In this document: positions 26,226 to 38,843 of the stretch, in pieces
How positions within the stretch are numbered: the first letter of the stretch is position 1
Layout of the letters: every line of letters begins with the position of its first letter
Assembly: GCF_004010195.1 (NCBI RefSeq)
Contig: NC_057718.1
Coordinates: forward strand, 24,506,715 to 24,570,714
Source of the DNA: Chiloscyllium plagiosum
Taxonomy: Eukaryota
Reading direction: 5' to 3'
Length of the DNA: 64,000 bases
Notes under the pieces: model-generated
Database searches by the model: none
Told to the model about the DNA's origin: nothing
The model's input: only the letters and a program-made list of their open reading frames with translations
Program-made: the position numbers and the translations under genes

Positions 26226-26722
26226 CTAATAAATCTAAACACTGTCACTTTCAACAGAGTCAGGCAGCCACAGTCTCCACTTATAAGACTTCTCATCTGT
26301 GCTGGCTCCTCACTCACTCATAATATTTTCCCGTAATGCAAAATGTAGGGGGTAATGTATATTTAGAGTCCACTGGGTCAGTAATAAGGTCCACTGCTTG
26401 TTAATTTTTGAAAATGGTGGCTATTTTTCTGATTTCACCACCGAGCCACCTACCATAATATCGGAGCCTGGCATGGTAGTTTCAGATTGTGCACCTGACA
26501 TGATCACACTTTACATTTCAAAAAGCACAGAATCTGGCAGGGGAGAGGTGCTGTGGGTGTGGGGGGGAGGAGGTGGAGTTGGCAGAAGGCAGGGAGGCAG
26601 CCCACTTGCTTTGAGGCTGTAACGTTTAACCCTCTTTGCATACCTTGACAAAGCGATACTGGTCATCTCCATTACCTGAGGCTGAACTGCTGGATTGACA
26701 AAACTAAATGATCTATTGATTA

Positions 26723-26970
26723 AGGAGAGAGTGAGGACTGTAGATGCTGGAGAATCAGAGTCAAAAGGTGTGGTGCTGGAAAAGCAAAGCCGGTCAGGCA
26801 GCATCCGAGGAGCAGGAGAGTCATATTTCTAGCATGAACTCTTTCATCAGGAAATTTTCTGAGTCTGTTAAAACTTTCCTGATGAAGAGCTTATGCTCGA
26901 AACGTCGACTCTCCTGCTCCTCGGATGCTGCCTGACCGGCTGTGCTTTACCAGCACCACACTTTTTGACT
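26723..26970. mobile_element. Head-to-head inverted pLTR pair; intact hammerhead core at 26879-26906 (+)
   Basis: Arms 26759-26854 / 26875-26970 with a 20-nt spacer. CTGATGA-A-GAGC-TTAT-GCTC-GAAA-CGTC. Confidence 0.85.
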
Positions 26971-27689
26971 TATTGCTTTAGTTTAACTTTTGTTTCTCAC
27001 TGTCCATCGATAAATCATGACTCCTTTATTCAAATTGAAATGAGTCTGCAAAAATGCTGATGATTCCAAAATTTCGGGTGATCAACATTTACCCCTGTCA
27101 GATGCAGCACAGAAAAGTGAGGCAATAAACTCTGATTTGATCGCTGCAAGTATGTGCCGACCTCAGCAAAACATCCCAACTATAGTGTAGAGATTTCTCC
27201 CTTTTTTACACCAACCATCTCTGTATGTGAGATTAGCCATTTGAAGCTAAATTAGTTATCAGCCCACATACTGCAGGAGCTGGGATAAGAGTGTTCACTT
27301 CATTCTATACAGATAGGGCATAGAAAGAGTACACATTAAAGGCTGATTTTATGAGTTTGTGCTTGCCGGGAGTGCATTGTGACCATGATTTTCTGCACAC
27401 TAAAATGAAGGATGATAAACAATGAGCTGTGGGTTGGTAATGTCCTGTGATGCATTACACTAGAGCCCTGCTGTGCCCTACCGCAGAGCAAGTGGGCTGC
27501 TCCTTCAATGGACAGAAATAGGAATTTTCATTCAGTCTAGTAAATGTAAGGTAAATTTCCACAGGTAAAAAATGCAAGCTTAATTTCCACAGTGCCATTA
27601 CTCCTTCAATCATTCCCACTGCAACACTTTGCTTGCACCGATTTACATTTAATATCGACCTCTGTGCTAAAGAGAATAAATATGAACAG

Positions 27690-28300
27690 ATACAATCCAC
27701 ACATGGAGCGCTGTGTCTAGTTTTGGTGTCCTTACTTGAGGATGTGATTGGCACTGGAGGCAGTTCAGCGGAGGTTCACTAGATTGATTCCAGGGATGAA
27801 AGAGGAACGATTGAATAGTTTGGGCCTGTATTTGCTGGAGTACAGGTGAATGAGAGGGGTATCAGTTAAACAATGATACGTGGAGGAAATAGTCACACAT
27901 ATCCTGATATACAATAATAGCATATCGCAGCACAGCAGTGCAAAACAAAATTCTAAAAGAGTTTGATAAGATTGCCATTGGACAGATGTTCCCACCTTAT
28001 GGGAAGGTCTCAGAAAACAGATCATAGACATGGAGTGAGAGGAGATAGGTTCAAAACTGAGATGAGGAGAAAGTACTTCTCTCATTGGGTTATGAATCTG
28101 TGGAACTCACTGCTCCTGAGTGCAGTGGAGGCAGAATCAATCGACAAATACAAGGAAAAAATAGATATGTTTCTGATGAAAAGTGGGATAAAGGGCTGTG
28201 GGGAGCAGACAGAAGAGTGGATCAGCCATGATGGTATTAATGGCGGAGGGGCCTCGAAGGGGTGAATTGCCATTATCATTTTTAATTGCTATGTTGCTAT
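27690..28300 (+). mobile_element. CR1 LINE 3' fragment
   Basis: QRRFTRLIPGM...FKTEMRRKYFSHWVMNLWNSL; tail with TGCTATG repeats. Confidence 0.75.
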
Positions 28301-28399
28301 GTCCAAAACTGACTATTCATGAGGCGCCGTGGGCCTCAATAGCAGGTGAATTGTCTTTAACCATAACTCACAGCTTGATGTTCACACAATCCTCCACAT

Positions 28400-30055
28400 C
28401 GCCATTAATGTGAAGCTTGGGATTCAACACTGGTTCAGTGAAGAGTGCTGGGGACATGGCTTTAGCATCAGGAATAGCTAAATGATCTGTCAACCTGGTG
28501 AATCTACAACAGTGGTCTACGTGCATGTTAAACTGCAGATGCAACATGAAACAGACAGAGTTGGGTGATCGAATGTTCTAGGGAAATGTTCAAAGCTTTG
28601 CAGTCCTGCCACACCCAGTGAATGGTGCTAAACAGTTAAACAATGGTAGGAGGAGGAGATAGTCACAAATATCCCTAAATTTAATGATCACATATTGTAG
28701 CACATCAGTGCAAAGCAAAAGTCTAAACCATTTGTAGTCATCTCCGGCCAGAAGTATCAAAGTGGTTGATCCATCTCAGTTTCCTCCTGAGATCCACAGT
28801 CATACAGAATCCAGCATTCAGAAAACTTAGTTTAGTTTAGGTAAAATCAAACATTGGTTGAAGGTACTGGACACAGCAAAGGCTATTGGACTTGACAAAC
28901 TCTGAGCAATAGAACGAAAGATACATGCTCCATAATTTGCTCTGGCCTTGACCAAACTTTTCCAATAAAGCTGCAACACTGGGACCAACCTGACAGTGTA
29001 AAAAGTTTCCCAGTTTTGTTCAGCCTATTAAAGAGGTCAAATGCAGGTTGCCAATTATCATGTAATCAGACTGTTCTTGGTCATACACAAAGTGATGAAG
29101 GCGTCAGAGACAGCACTATCTAGCAGCACTTGCATAACTGCAACCTAATTACTAAAGCTCGGTTTATGCTCTATAAGGGTCACTTGGCTCTTGATCTCAT
29201 TACCACCCTGGACCAACGTCTGAACTCAAGAAGTGTTATAAGAGTGATTGCCCATGCCATCAAGGCAAAAATTGACCTAATATCGCAATAAGGAGCCCTA
29301 GTAAAACTAGAGTCAATGTGAACTGCAGAAAATGCTGTAGTGGTTGATGGTCCTGGAGATCAATAATGTCAGTCTCAGGCAATCTCTGCAGGAGTTCCTC
29401 AGGCTAGTGCCCTTGGCCCATTGATAAAGCTCTAATAGAGGGATGTTCACTGCTGAGTGCACAAACTTCAACATCCCTGGATACTGAAGCAGTTTATGCC
29501 AATTCCAGCCAGACCTAGACAACTTGCCTTGATTAACTGGAAGTAAAATCTATATCACACAAGTGCCAGCAGAGACCATCACCATCACAAGACCAAATCT
29601 AACCATTTTCCTTGACTTTCAACTGTATTATTATCTCTGAATTTCTTTTCATCAAAACTCTGTGGGGGGTGGGTTACCATTCACCAGAGCCAAGCTAAAT
29701 CAATATTGTGGCAACAAGAGTAAGTGAAAGGCTCAGCAGTAACTCACTTCTTGTCTCCCCAACACATGTCCACCACCTGGAAGCCAGAAATCAGTATGGT
29801 GGCATATTCTCCACTTCACTGGATGATTACAGCTCCTGCAAATCCCTCTCCAAATCACAGTCCATTTTTACTTGGAATTATGTCACCTTCATTCACTATC
29901 ACTGACTTAAAATCCCTTCCTAATGGCATTGTAGTTATATCTATAGCAGATGGAATGTAGCAATTCAAGAAAGAAGCCTACCATCACCAATGCAAAGTTA
30001 GAGGTGAGCTACTGGCCTTCTCAGCAACACTCTTATGTCATGAAAAAATAAAATA
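28400..30055 (+). mobile_element. Degenerate LINE (same family as 6625-7445)
   Basis: RT-region similarity to 60590-61225 (CAAAGGCTAT, CTCTGCAGGAGTT) and a similar 3' region. Confidence 0.6.
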
Positions 30056-30753
30056 CCTGTCTAAAATCACACCAGCACTGCTAGCAAAGTTATTGAGTTT
30101 GTCTTAACCTGTTTTCTCGATTACCGAGGAGTAATCAATGCATTTGACTTTATTGAAATGATTGGGTTGGTTGCAAACTCGTATCTTACTAATTTTGACT
30201 TCTAATAATTTACTTCTTACCTGGTTGAAACAAAAAAACAGGTTTTTAAAATTGACGCCAGCCAATCAAATGATTTTAATGATATGGAACCATTGCTGCA
30301 AAAAGACAATAAGTTAATGAAATTTAAAAAAATTGTTTAGCAAATCAAGAAAAAATAACTGCAAAATATTGAATAAATATATAAGTAAAAGACAAAGGAT
30401 GAAACAAACATACAGCATGAATTTAACGTTCTTATAAATTTTCAGTTCGATTTAAAGGTATAGGGAAAGATATAAGGTAAAGGTTATTGATGTAACAATA
30501 AAACCACTAGCATTGTTTTGTGGCAATACATTGTGGTGTTAAGGGAATCTAGAGCATCATTATGTGCAGTGGAATATGAAAATAGGCTGGTGCAGTAGGT
30601 GTGAATTACTGTGAAATTGCTGTGCCATTATGTGGGTAACTCTGGAAGTGGGGTGCTGACCAGTGAAACAAATCAGATTGGCAACATTCCATAAAATATC
30701 AGTTTTTTAGATGCTTTCAAGAAATTTCCAGAAACAATAGATGGGAGAAACAA

Positions 30754-30962
30754 GCTGAAAAATATGTTGCTGGAAAAGCACAGCAGGTCAGGCAGCATCC
30801 AAGGAGCAGGAGAATCGACGTTTCGGGCATAAGCCCTTCTTCAGGAATTTATGCCCGAAACATCGATTCTCCTGCTCCTTGGATGCTGCCTGGCCTGCTG
30901 CGCTTTTCCAGCAACACATTTTTCAGCTCTGATCTCCAGCATCTGCAGTCCTCACTTTCTCC
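30754..30962. mobile_element. Fold-back pLTR insertion with 16-bp TSD; intact hammerhead core at 30817-30844 (-)
   Basis: TSD TAGATGGGAGAAACAA at 30738-30753 and 30963-30978. 79-nt inverted arms 30754-30832 / 30849-30927. Confidence 0.9.
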
Positions 30963-31169
30963 TAGATGGGAGAAACAACCAGAGATAAAACTAATTTAGT
31001 GGTATTGTGCAGTGAAGCAGGTTAATTAGTAATCTCATTTAAAAATTCCACTGGAGGGGAAAAAAAGTTAACATCATAGGGTTAACAAATATTTCTTGCC
31101 TGCCTTCACAGTAGATGTAAATTTCAAACCAGAAATAGAAGGGAATCAAGGAGGTAATAAAAATGAGGA

Positions 31170-32400
31170 ACCTACAGTCATAAATATCAGCAGAGATAAA
31201 AACTATTAAAGAAGTTTAAGGAACTAAAAGTTAAGAATTTCCCAGCATCCAGGGCCTACATCCAAGCATAGCAAAAATAGGAGCTGAAGAGATAAAGTAT
31301 GCACTGATTATGATTTTCCAAAATTCTTCAGATTCTAGAATTAATACAGTATTTAGAAGAAGGCAAATGTAACACTGTTACTGAAAAAAGGATGGAAACA
31401 TAAAAACAGGGAATTACAGTTCTGTCAGTCTGCCATTAGTTGTTGGGAAAACGCTAGAATCCATTATTAAGTCAGTCTTAGCAAAGCACTTTGAAAATTA
31501 TTGTATGATCAGACAGAGTCAACATATAGTGTAAAAGGGGCTTTGTTTGACAAATTTATTACAGTTTTTTGAGGATGGTACTTCTTAGGATAAAGGCAAG
31601 CAACAGGTGTGGTAAGTCTGCGATTACCACAATGCATTCAATAGCATATCACATGATTAAAATGCAAGTTAAGGATTCATGCAGTTGGAGGCAATTTTTT
31701 TTGGCAATGGATAGCAAATTGGCTAATGTAAAATGATATATGGGCTAGTGCAGTCCTACAAGTATCTGTGCTGGGACCTCAGTCATATACAATCTATATT
31801 AAAGGGGATGAAGAGTAATGGACTAAAGTTTGTTGGTAATAGAAATATAGGTGGGTATATAGACTGAGATTAGGACACAAAGAGCAGGCCAAGAGATATC
31901 CACAAGTTGAGTGAGTGGCAGTAAGGTGGCATTTGGACAGTAATGTAACTACGTGCGAGGTAGGAAGAATAGGTAAGCAGAATATTCTTTTCAAATGGGA
32001 TGGAACTTTTATATGCTGATATTCAGCGAGATTTGGAGTGAATTCAGACAAGGACCAAAGAAAGTTAGCATGCAGGTACACCAAGCATTTAGGAAGGCAA
32101 CTGGCAAGTTAGCCTTCACTCCAAGGGAATTGGAGTACAAGAAAAAGAAAGCTTTCTGCAGTTGTGTTGGGCTATGTGTGACCACACCTGGAGTATTATG
32201 TTCAGTTTTCTTTCTTCATGCCCAAGGAAGGAAACAGTTACAGTGGAGGCATTACAACACAGCTTTGCTAGACTGGTTCCTGGGATGACAGAGTTGTTGC
32301 GTGATGAGAAACTGAATAAGTTGTCCTATACCAGCTGTACAGCTTAGAAGATGAGAGATTATTTCACTGAAACATATAACATTTTGAAAATGCAAAGTTT
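31170..32400 (+). mobile_element. Degenerate CR1 LINE RT region
   Basis: CR1-like nucleotide motifs (GGGAATTACAG..CTGTCAGTCTG, GTGCTGGGACCTCAG) and peptide MRDYFTETYNILK. Confidence 0.65.
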
Positions 32401-33924
32401 AGGTTTGGCCTGGGACTGTGTAGGTCCTCGGGGAGCATGCTGGGAAGTTGTTGGCTGGGCAAAACATTGGATAAGAGCTTTATGGGACAAGGGACAGAGT
32501 TGTACCTGCCACCTTTCCATTGCTGCTGGCATGTCACTGGCAGAGGGGATTGTGGCCCTTGGTCTTCCTGCTCTGATGTCATTTAAGGAACACTTAAGGG
32601 CCTTACCTGCCACCGCCAGTACTTTACGTTCATGTTGGACCACCTACATGATGTTGGCATGTAGGAGGAACAGTAGAGAGAGACTGAGGACCTTCTTGTA
32701 ATCTCGAGGTTAGGCTTTCCTTGTCAGACATCCTTTGACTCTGAGTTAACCCCATGGCTGCAATGGCCACCCTGTGGAAAGACCTCTCCACATCCCCTCC
32801 CCATTTCTCGTTAAAGGGTTTGGAAACCCCAATTTAAGGCAGTTGATTTCCTAATTCATGTAAAATCAAGTTGAGACTCCCCTAATCTATGAAGATAGTT
32901 TAACCCCCAACTTATATGGTGAACTATGTTGACATATCACCTTTCCTGCTCACTTTAATTCCACTTAGTATTCTTTTCCTTATGCATAAATCTATCTCCC
33001 TCTATACTTCCCATTGCGATCCTGCTCTTGCCCTGGTTGATTATGATCTTCCTACGTTCGAGGTCTAACATAGGGGTATATCAGTTTTAGAGTATCATTA
33101 TTGGCTTTATATGATTTGTATCTTAAACAAAGATATATTTTGGTTACTCTTTCCTCCACTTATTACCCTGTTGCCTCCCACCAACCAAACTGTATCAGGC
33201 TCACTTATCTCTTTATGCCAGTTGCTAGTTACTATTAAAAAGTTCAGTTGTGTTACTTAAATGACTCAGAAAATTTTTTTCACCTGGGAAAAAGAAACAA
33301 CTTTTCTCTTGAAAACATCAGTTACATTTACCATCTCTTGTTTCATGTCAATGTGGGGGTTTCTAATCCTTTACTAGTAACTCATGGATGCATCTTCAAT
33401 TTATTGCAGAGTTGGAGGTGTTCATTCAAAGTTCAGTCATTTGGGTTACAGAGTGATTTTTGCTGTCAGCTGCACAGAAATGGTTGGGTATTCTTCACTT
33501 TTTGCTCTTTCTGTTTGGAAGTCAGATTATATCTAGGATGGGACAGCAACGGAGGGATAATTAATAGTGGGAAAAATTTCCTTTCAAGCTTAAAAATTTG
33601 GGTACTTTAAGAAACAATGTAACCATTACCCACAAAGAATTTCTGGAGGTCACTGATACCATTTCCCTTGAACAGTAGGAACCGTCTAGGCTTCTATCCT
33701 AGATTGTCTTGAGTTGACCATTGACTATTCTTCCCACTTAGAATGTGGAATTTGGAAGTACATGTGAAAGAACTATCCTTTCAAAAAGCTAACATTCATT
33801 TGAGAACCATTCCAAATGATTGTCACAACTCTATTTTAAAAAGTATAATTTCTTATCAATATCATCTGCAACGCACATAAATTTCCCTATAAAAGAAAAA
33901 TAAATAAAAATCTCTAAGCTGCAT

Positions 33925-34758
33925 TAAACTCATTACATCAATTTTTATTTTGCCTTGCTTAGATATAGAGAAATAAAACTGTCATTTACAAAATATCTAG
34001 GATGCTAAGCTATTCTTATATATCATTAGAGCAAAACTGACTAGCCATGTGATTGAGATGTCATGTATCAGCTTTCCATTTTAAGAATCGAAACTTCATT
34101 AATTTCGTTAAAACAATGGTTCTCTTCTGGTGAAATAATAGCAGATCATGACATGTAGTGAATAACCTTTAATACAAAAAATGTCAAAATAAATCAACTT
34201 AAAAAATAAAGAGAAATGGAAAGGTTTTAATAAATTTGGAATAAATACTGACTTCAACATTGCATAAAAATAACACAGTAAGAACACTAAAGTGAGAGCA
34301 CAGAATAGGTCTGACAAGGATGCACTAATAAACCCTTGTCATGGAACCTTTCTGTGTTTGTGGTTTCCTGTGGTCCAACTTAATAATGGATTGAGGGTCA
34401 TTTCATTCTTTTTACATTTTAAACTTTTCTAATATTTCGGTCACAACCACTCAATGATCTTCTGAGCTACAGCTTCAATTTTTATGATGGTTTTTTTACT
34501 TATCAGTGGGAGATTCAGCACATGAAAGCTTGACTGATGAAGTAAACATGAAAACATATGGAACGATCCTCTCTCCCCACTGTCTCCACCCATGTTTGCA
34601 CTGTCTTTTTATACACACACACATACACGCTCACTCACTCACTCACTCAGATCCTCATTCATGCAAAGAATGGTACAATGTCCTCTGGGTTTAGGATAAA
34701 TAGCGATTTATAGCTTTGAACGATTGAACTGGCCCGCTCATCAGCTGAAGTGAATATA
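33925..34758 (-). other. RGS7: Probable RGS7 3' UTR
   Basis: AT-rich and free of recognisable TEs after the stop. Contains a (TGAG)n/(TG)n tract near 34610-34650 and ends near an AATAAA. The end point is inferred. Confidence 0.6.
33944..33949 (-). terminator. Candidate polyadenylation signal AATAAA for RGS7
   Basis: TTTATT on plus. On minus it is followed about 30-55 nt later by a U-rich tract (GATTTTTATTTATTTTCTTTT), the usual layout of a poly(A) site. Confidence 0.55.
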
Positions 34759-34809
34759 TCAATACGACTGCACCAAACTCGTCAGCCTCTTCGATGTAAG
34801 TGACTTCCC
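34759..34809 (-). CDS. RGS7: RGS7 terminal coding exon: GKSLTSKRLTSLVQSY*
   Basis: Strong polypyrimidine acceptor TTTTGCCTTTCTTGTCTTTCTTGTGCAG|GGG. Peptide matches the RGS7 C-terminus (human GKSLTSKRLTSLAQSY). TGA at 34761-34759. Confidence 0.95.
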   Translation of the reverse strand, partial: GKSLTSKRLTSLVQSY

Positions 34810-35168
34810 CTGCACAAGAAAGACAAGAAAGGCAAAAGACAGTTATAGAAACAGGACACAGTCTTTGACACCCATTTGCTTCCAGAAAAATAATTCCAAA
34901 ATAAAAACATATAGACCAATTTACCACTGAATACATTACCATAACTACTACCCATGACATACATGAAAGACACATATGACAACAGAATAATAAATGCTAA
35001 CATTTACAGTTGCATAAAGGGTATTTCACTCTCCTATTTCTGCTTTTCACAAATACTCCTCTCCATCTTAATAATGAATAATTCCAAATCCTCTTGAAAT
35101 GTGCATAATTTTCTTGATAAAACTTAAGAATGTAATATTTCTGCATAGTAAGCAAATATTTACATTAT

Positions 35169-35448
35169 GATTAGATTCCCTACAGTGTGGAAACAGGCCC
35201 TTTGGCCCAACCAATCCTCCGAAGAGTAACCAACCCAGACCCATTTCCCTCTGAATGAATGCTATGGGCAATTTAGCATGGCCAATTCACCTGACCTGCA
35301 CACTTTGGACTGTGGGAGGAAACTGGAGCACACCCACACAGAGAGAATGTGCAAACTCCACACAGACTTTCACCCAAGACTGGAATCGAACCTGGGACCC
35401 TGGTGCTGTGAGGCAGCAGTGCTAACCACTGAGCCACCATGCCACCCC
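35169..35448 (-). mobile_element. HE1-type V-SINE
   Basis: Reverse complement of a tRNA head (GGTGGCTCAGTGGTTAGCACTGCTGCCTCACAGC), V-domain and AATCT tail. Confidence 0.9.
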
Positions 35449-36016
35449 TGAGCCACTGTGCATTTTATCAGAAAATGCATGGTGGTATACTCTTTGTGTG
35501 CTTTCTGTCTGGAACATCTCCATGCTACGGAACAGGAAATCAGAAGTACAATGGGACTCTGAACCAATAAGAGAATCTATACTTGCCTTAAATACTTCCC
35601 ACCACACTACAAGGCTCTACATATACAAGTGAGTAAGAATAACATTAATACTAACTCTAGTTCTTGGTCTATGATGTCTTGTGTTCCTGCACTTTTCAAG
35701 CATGATGACTGATTACGAAAATGTCCTGTCACTCTCCCTACTATTCAGCAGTACACATTCATAAAAATCACCAACAACTTAGGAGAGTTTACTGACTGTG
35801 TTTCTTATAGGTAGGAATATGTAATTTATCGTGGCATCTCCAACATTGCAGCAGGAACTGGTGTTTAGTATGATTTATATCATTTGTTATTTGTGGACTC
35901 TATAGCTTTCCTGAGAATGATTTTTGAAATATGGCCAGGGACAAAAGAAATTCAGTAAAAAAATGACCTATTTATCAAAAACATCCTTAATAAAATTAAT
36001 TGCCGCCACAGTACAA

Positions 36017-36741
36017 TGGTCCAGATTTTGTGCACAGTGAAGTAACTACACACTTTGTTGACCTTAAAGAAAGCTGCCCTAAAGATCTAACAAGCTTTTT
36101 GGCATTGACTACATACTTAGTGCTGTTAATTTAATGCTAATGGCATCTATCAAAGAATCCAAAAACAGTGATTAAAGGATCCAGCCACAGTGATGTCTAA
36201 CCAGCAGTTTAAACAGCCAACCAAACTGAAGAGTCCCCATGGATAGCAAACTAAGCATAAGCAAACAGGATTCGCCATTATAGTTACAATTCTTTCTTTA
36301 TAATTTTATATAAAATGAATTGAAGATTGAGCTAATGTCACTAAGGTAGCATTTGAAATGCAAGCAACTTTAAAAGAGAAGCTATTTTACAGCTCTATGG
36401 AATTTTTAATTATGGATGTGAATGGAAGGTGGAGAATTGTGACTTAGTTTAATATTAAGAATATTCCACTAAAAACAGTGCCATCTTTTCAAGGGTTTTA
36501 ACTGTGAGAAAGAACTTCGGAAGTGGAAGCTCATGTCGATTCTACAATTTTAAAGTGATTTCCAACACTGAGGTCTTAAGCAGTGCACCCCGGTAAGCAG
36601 CAGGGAATCCCAGCCATCAATCCCTGGATTTTCATGTTGAAGTATGCATTTGCAGAATCTGTAAATCACTGTTAGTTTCACAAATTAGCAATGGTTAATG
36701 CTGATAGTTTTCTGGTTACGACAAATACAAAATCTGGGCCA
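36017..36741. mobile_element. Candidate non-autonomous DNA transposon (MITE)
   Basis: Terminal inverted repeats TGGTCCAGATTTTGT / ACAAAATCTGGGCCA (14/15 match). No ORF; TSD unclear. Confidence 0.55.
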
Positions 36742-36877
36742 ACATTTGCACTGTATGGGCCAAATCCATCTTAGATATGAAAGTCATTTATAAAACAGGA
36801 TTAAATGTTTCTTGTGCTTAGCGAGGAGCAAATGCAACATCCAATTTTCCAAAGCATTATGACAGCATAAAGATGGC

Positions 36878-38843
36878 TTAAGAAAGGTGGTAAGGACAAG
36901 GCAGGGAACTATAGATCAGTAAACCTGACGTCGGTGGTGGGCACGTTTTAGATTAGATTAGATTAGATTACTTACAGTGTGGAATCAGGCCCTTCGGCCC
37001 AACAAGTCCACCCCGACCCTCCAAAGAGCAACCCACCCAGACCCATTCCCCTACATTTACCCCTTCACCTAACACTACGGGCAATTTAGCATGGCCAATT
37101 CACCTAACCTGCACATTTTTTGGACTGTGGGAGGAAACCGGAGCACCCGGAGGAAACCCACNNNNNNNNNNNNNNNNNNNNNNNNNNNNNNNNNNNNNNN
37201 NNNNNNNNNNNNNNNNNNNNNNNNNNNNNNNNNNNNNNNNNNNNNNNNNNNNNNNNNNNNNNNNNNNNNNNNNNNNNNNNNNNNNNNNNNNNNNNNNNNN
37301 NNNNNNNNNNNNNNNNNNNNNNNNNNNNNNNNNNNNNNNNNNNNNNNNNNNNNNNNNNNNNNNNNNNNNNNNNNNNNNNNNNNNNNNNNNNNNNNNNNNN
37401 NNNNNNNNNNNNNNNNNNNNNNNNNNNNNNNNNNNNNNNNNNNNNNNNNNNNNNNNNNNNNNNNNNNNNNNNNNNNNNNNNNNNNNNNNNNNNNNNNNNN
37501 NNNNNNNNNNNNNNNNNNNNNNNNNNNNNNNNNNNNNNNNNNNNNNNNNNNNNNNNNNNNNNNNNNNNNNNNNNNNNNNNNNNNNNNNNNNNNNNNNNNN
37601 NNNNNNNNNNNNNNNNNNNNNNNNNNNNNNNNNNNNNNNNNNNNNNNNNNNNNNNNNNNNNNNNNNNNNNNNNNNNNNNNNNNNNNNNNNNNNNNNNNNN
37701 NNNNNNNNNNNNNNNNNNNNNNNNNNNNNNNNNNNNNNNNNNNNNNNNNNNNNNNNNNNNNNNNNNNNNNNNNNNNNNNNNNNNNNNNNNNNNNNNNNNN
37801 NNNNNNNNNNNNNNNNNNNNNNNNNNNNNNNNNNNNNNNNNNNNNNNNNNNNNNNNNNNNNNNNNNNNNNNNNNNNNNNNNNNNNNNNNNNNNNNNNNNN
37901 NNNNNNNNNNNNNNNNNNNNNNNNNNNNNNNNNNNNNNNNNNNNNNNNNNNNNNNNNNNNNNNNNNNNNNNNNNNNNNNNNNNNNNNNNNNNNNNNNNNN
38001 NNNNNNNNNNNNNNNNNNNNNNNNNCTGAGAAGTTTAATTTAGATAAATGTGAGGTGCTGCATTTGGGAAAGCAAATCTTAGCAGGACTTATACACTTAA
38101 TGGTAAGGTCCTAGGGAGTGTTGCTCAACAAAGAGACCTTGGAGTGCAGGTTCATAGCTCCTTGAAAGTGGAGTCGCAGATAGATAGGATAGTGAAGAAG
38201 GCGTTGGTATGCTTTCCTTTATTGGTCAGAGTATTGAGTACAGGTGTTGGGAGGTCATGTTGCAGCTGGACAGGACATTGGTTAGGCCACTGTTGGAATA
38301 TTGCGTACAATTCTGGTCTCCTTCCTATAGGAAAGATGTTGTGAAACATGAAAGGGTTCTGAAAAGATTTACAAGGATGTTGCCAGGGTTGGAGAATTTG
38401 AGCTACAGGGAGAAGCTGAACAGGCTGGGGCTGTTTTCCTTGCAGCGCCGGGAGCTGAGGGGTGACCGTATAGAGGTTTACAAAATTATGAGGGGCATGG
38501 ATAGGATAAATAGACAAAGTCTTTTCCCTGGGGTGGGGGTGTCCCGAACTAGAAGGCATAGTTTTAGGGTGAGAGGGGAAAGATATAAAAGAGACCTAAG
38601 GGGCAACTTTTTCATGCAGAGGATGGTACATGTATGGAATGAGTTGCCAGAGGAAGTGGTGGAGTATAAGTACAATTGCAACATTTAAAAGGCATTTGGA
38701 TGGGTTTACGAATAGGAAGGGTTTGGAGGGATATGGGCCGGGTGCTGGCAGGTGGGACTAGACTGGGTTGGGATACCTGATTTGCATGGACAAGTTGGAC
38801 CGAAGGGTCTGTTTCTGTGCTGTACATCTCTATGACTCTATGA
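36878..38843 (+). mobile_element. CR1 (HER1-like) LINE 3' part spanning an assembly gap, with a minus-strand HE1 SINE at 36948-37161
   Basis: LVRPLLEYCVQFWSP...WNELPEEVVE and a CTCTATGA tail. The SINE shows (TAGAT)n and a V-domain. Confidence 0.85.
37162..38025. other. Assembly gap (N run)
   Basis: 864 N bases. Confidence 1.

Noticed and set aside
35395..35448. tRNA genes (also at 21409, 43444, 47853, 53367)
   Set aside because: These are tRNA-derived SINE heads that continue into SINE bodies and tails.
37091..38043. 312-aa and 307-aa ORFs
   Set aside because: Artefacts of translating through the N gap.
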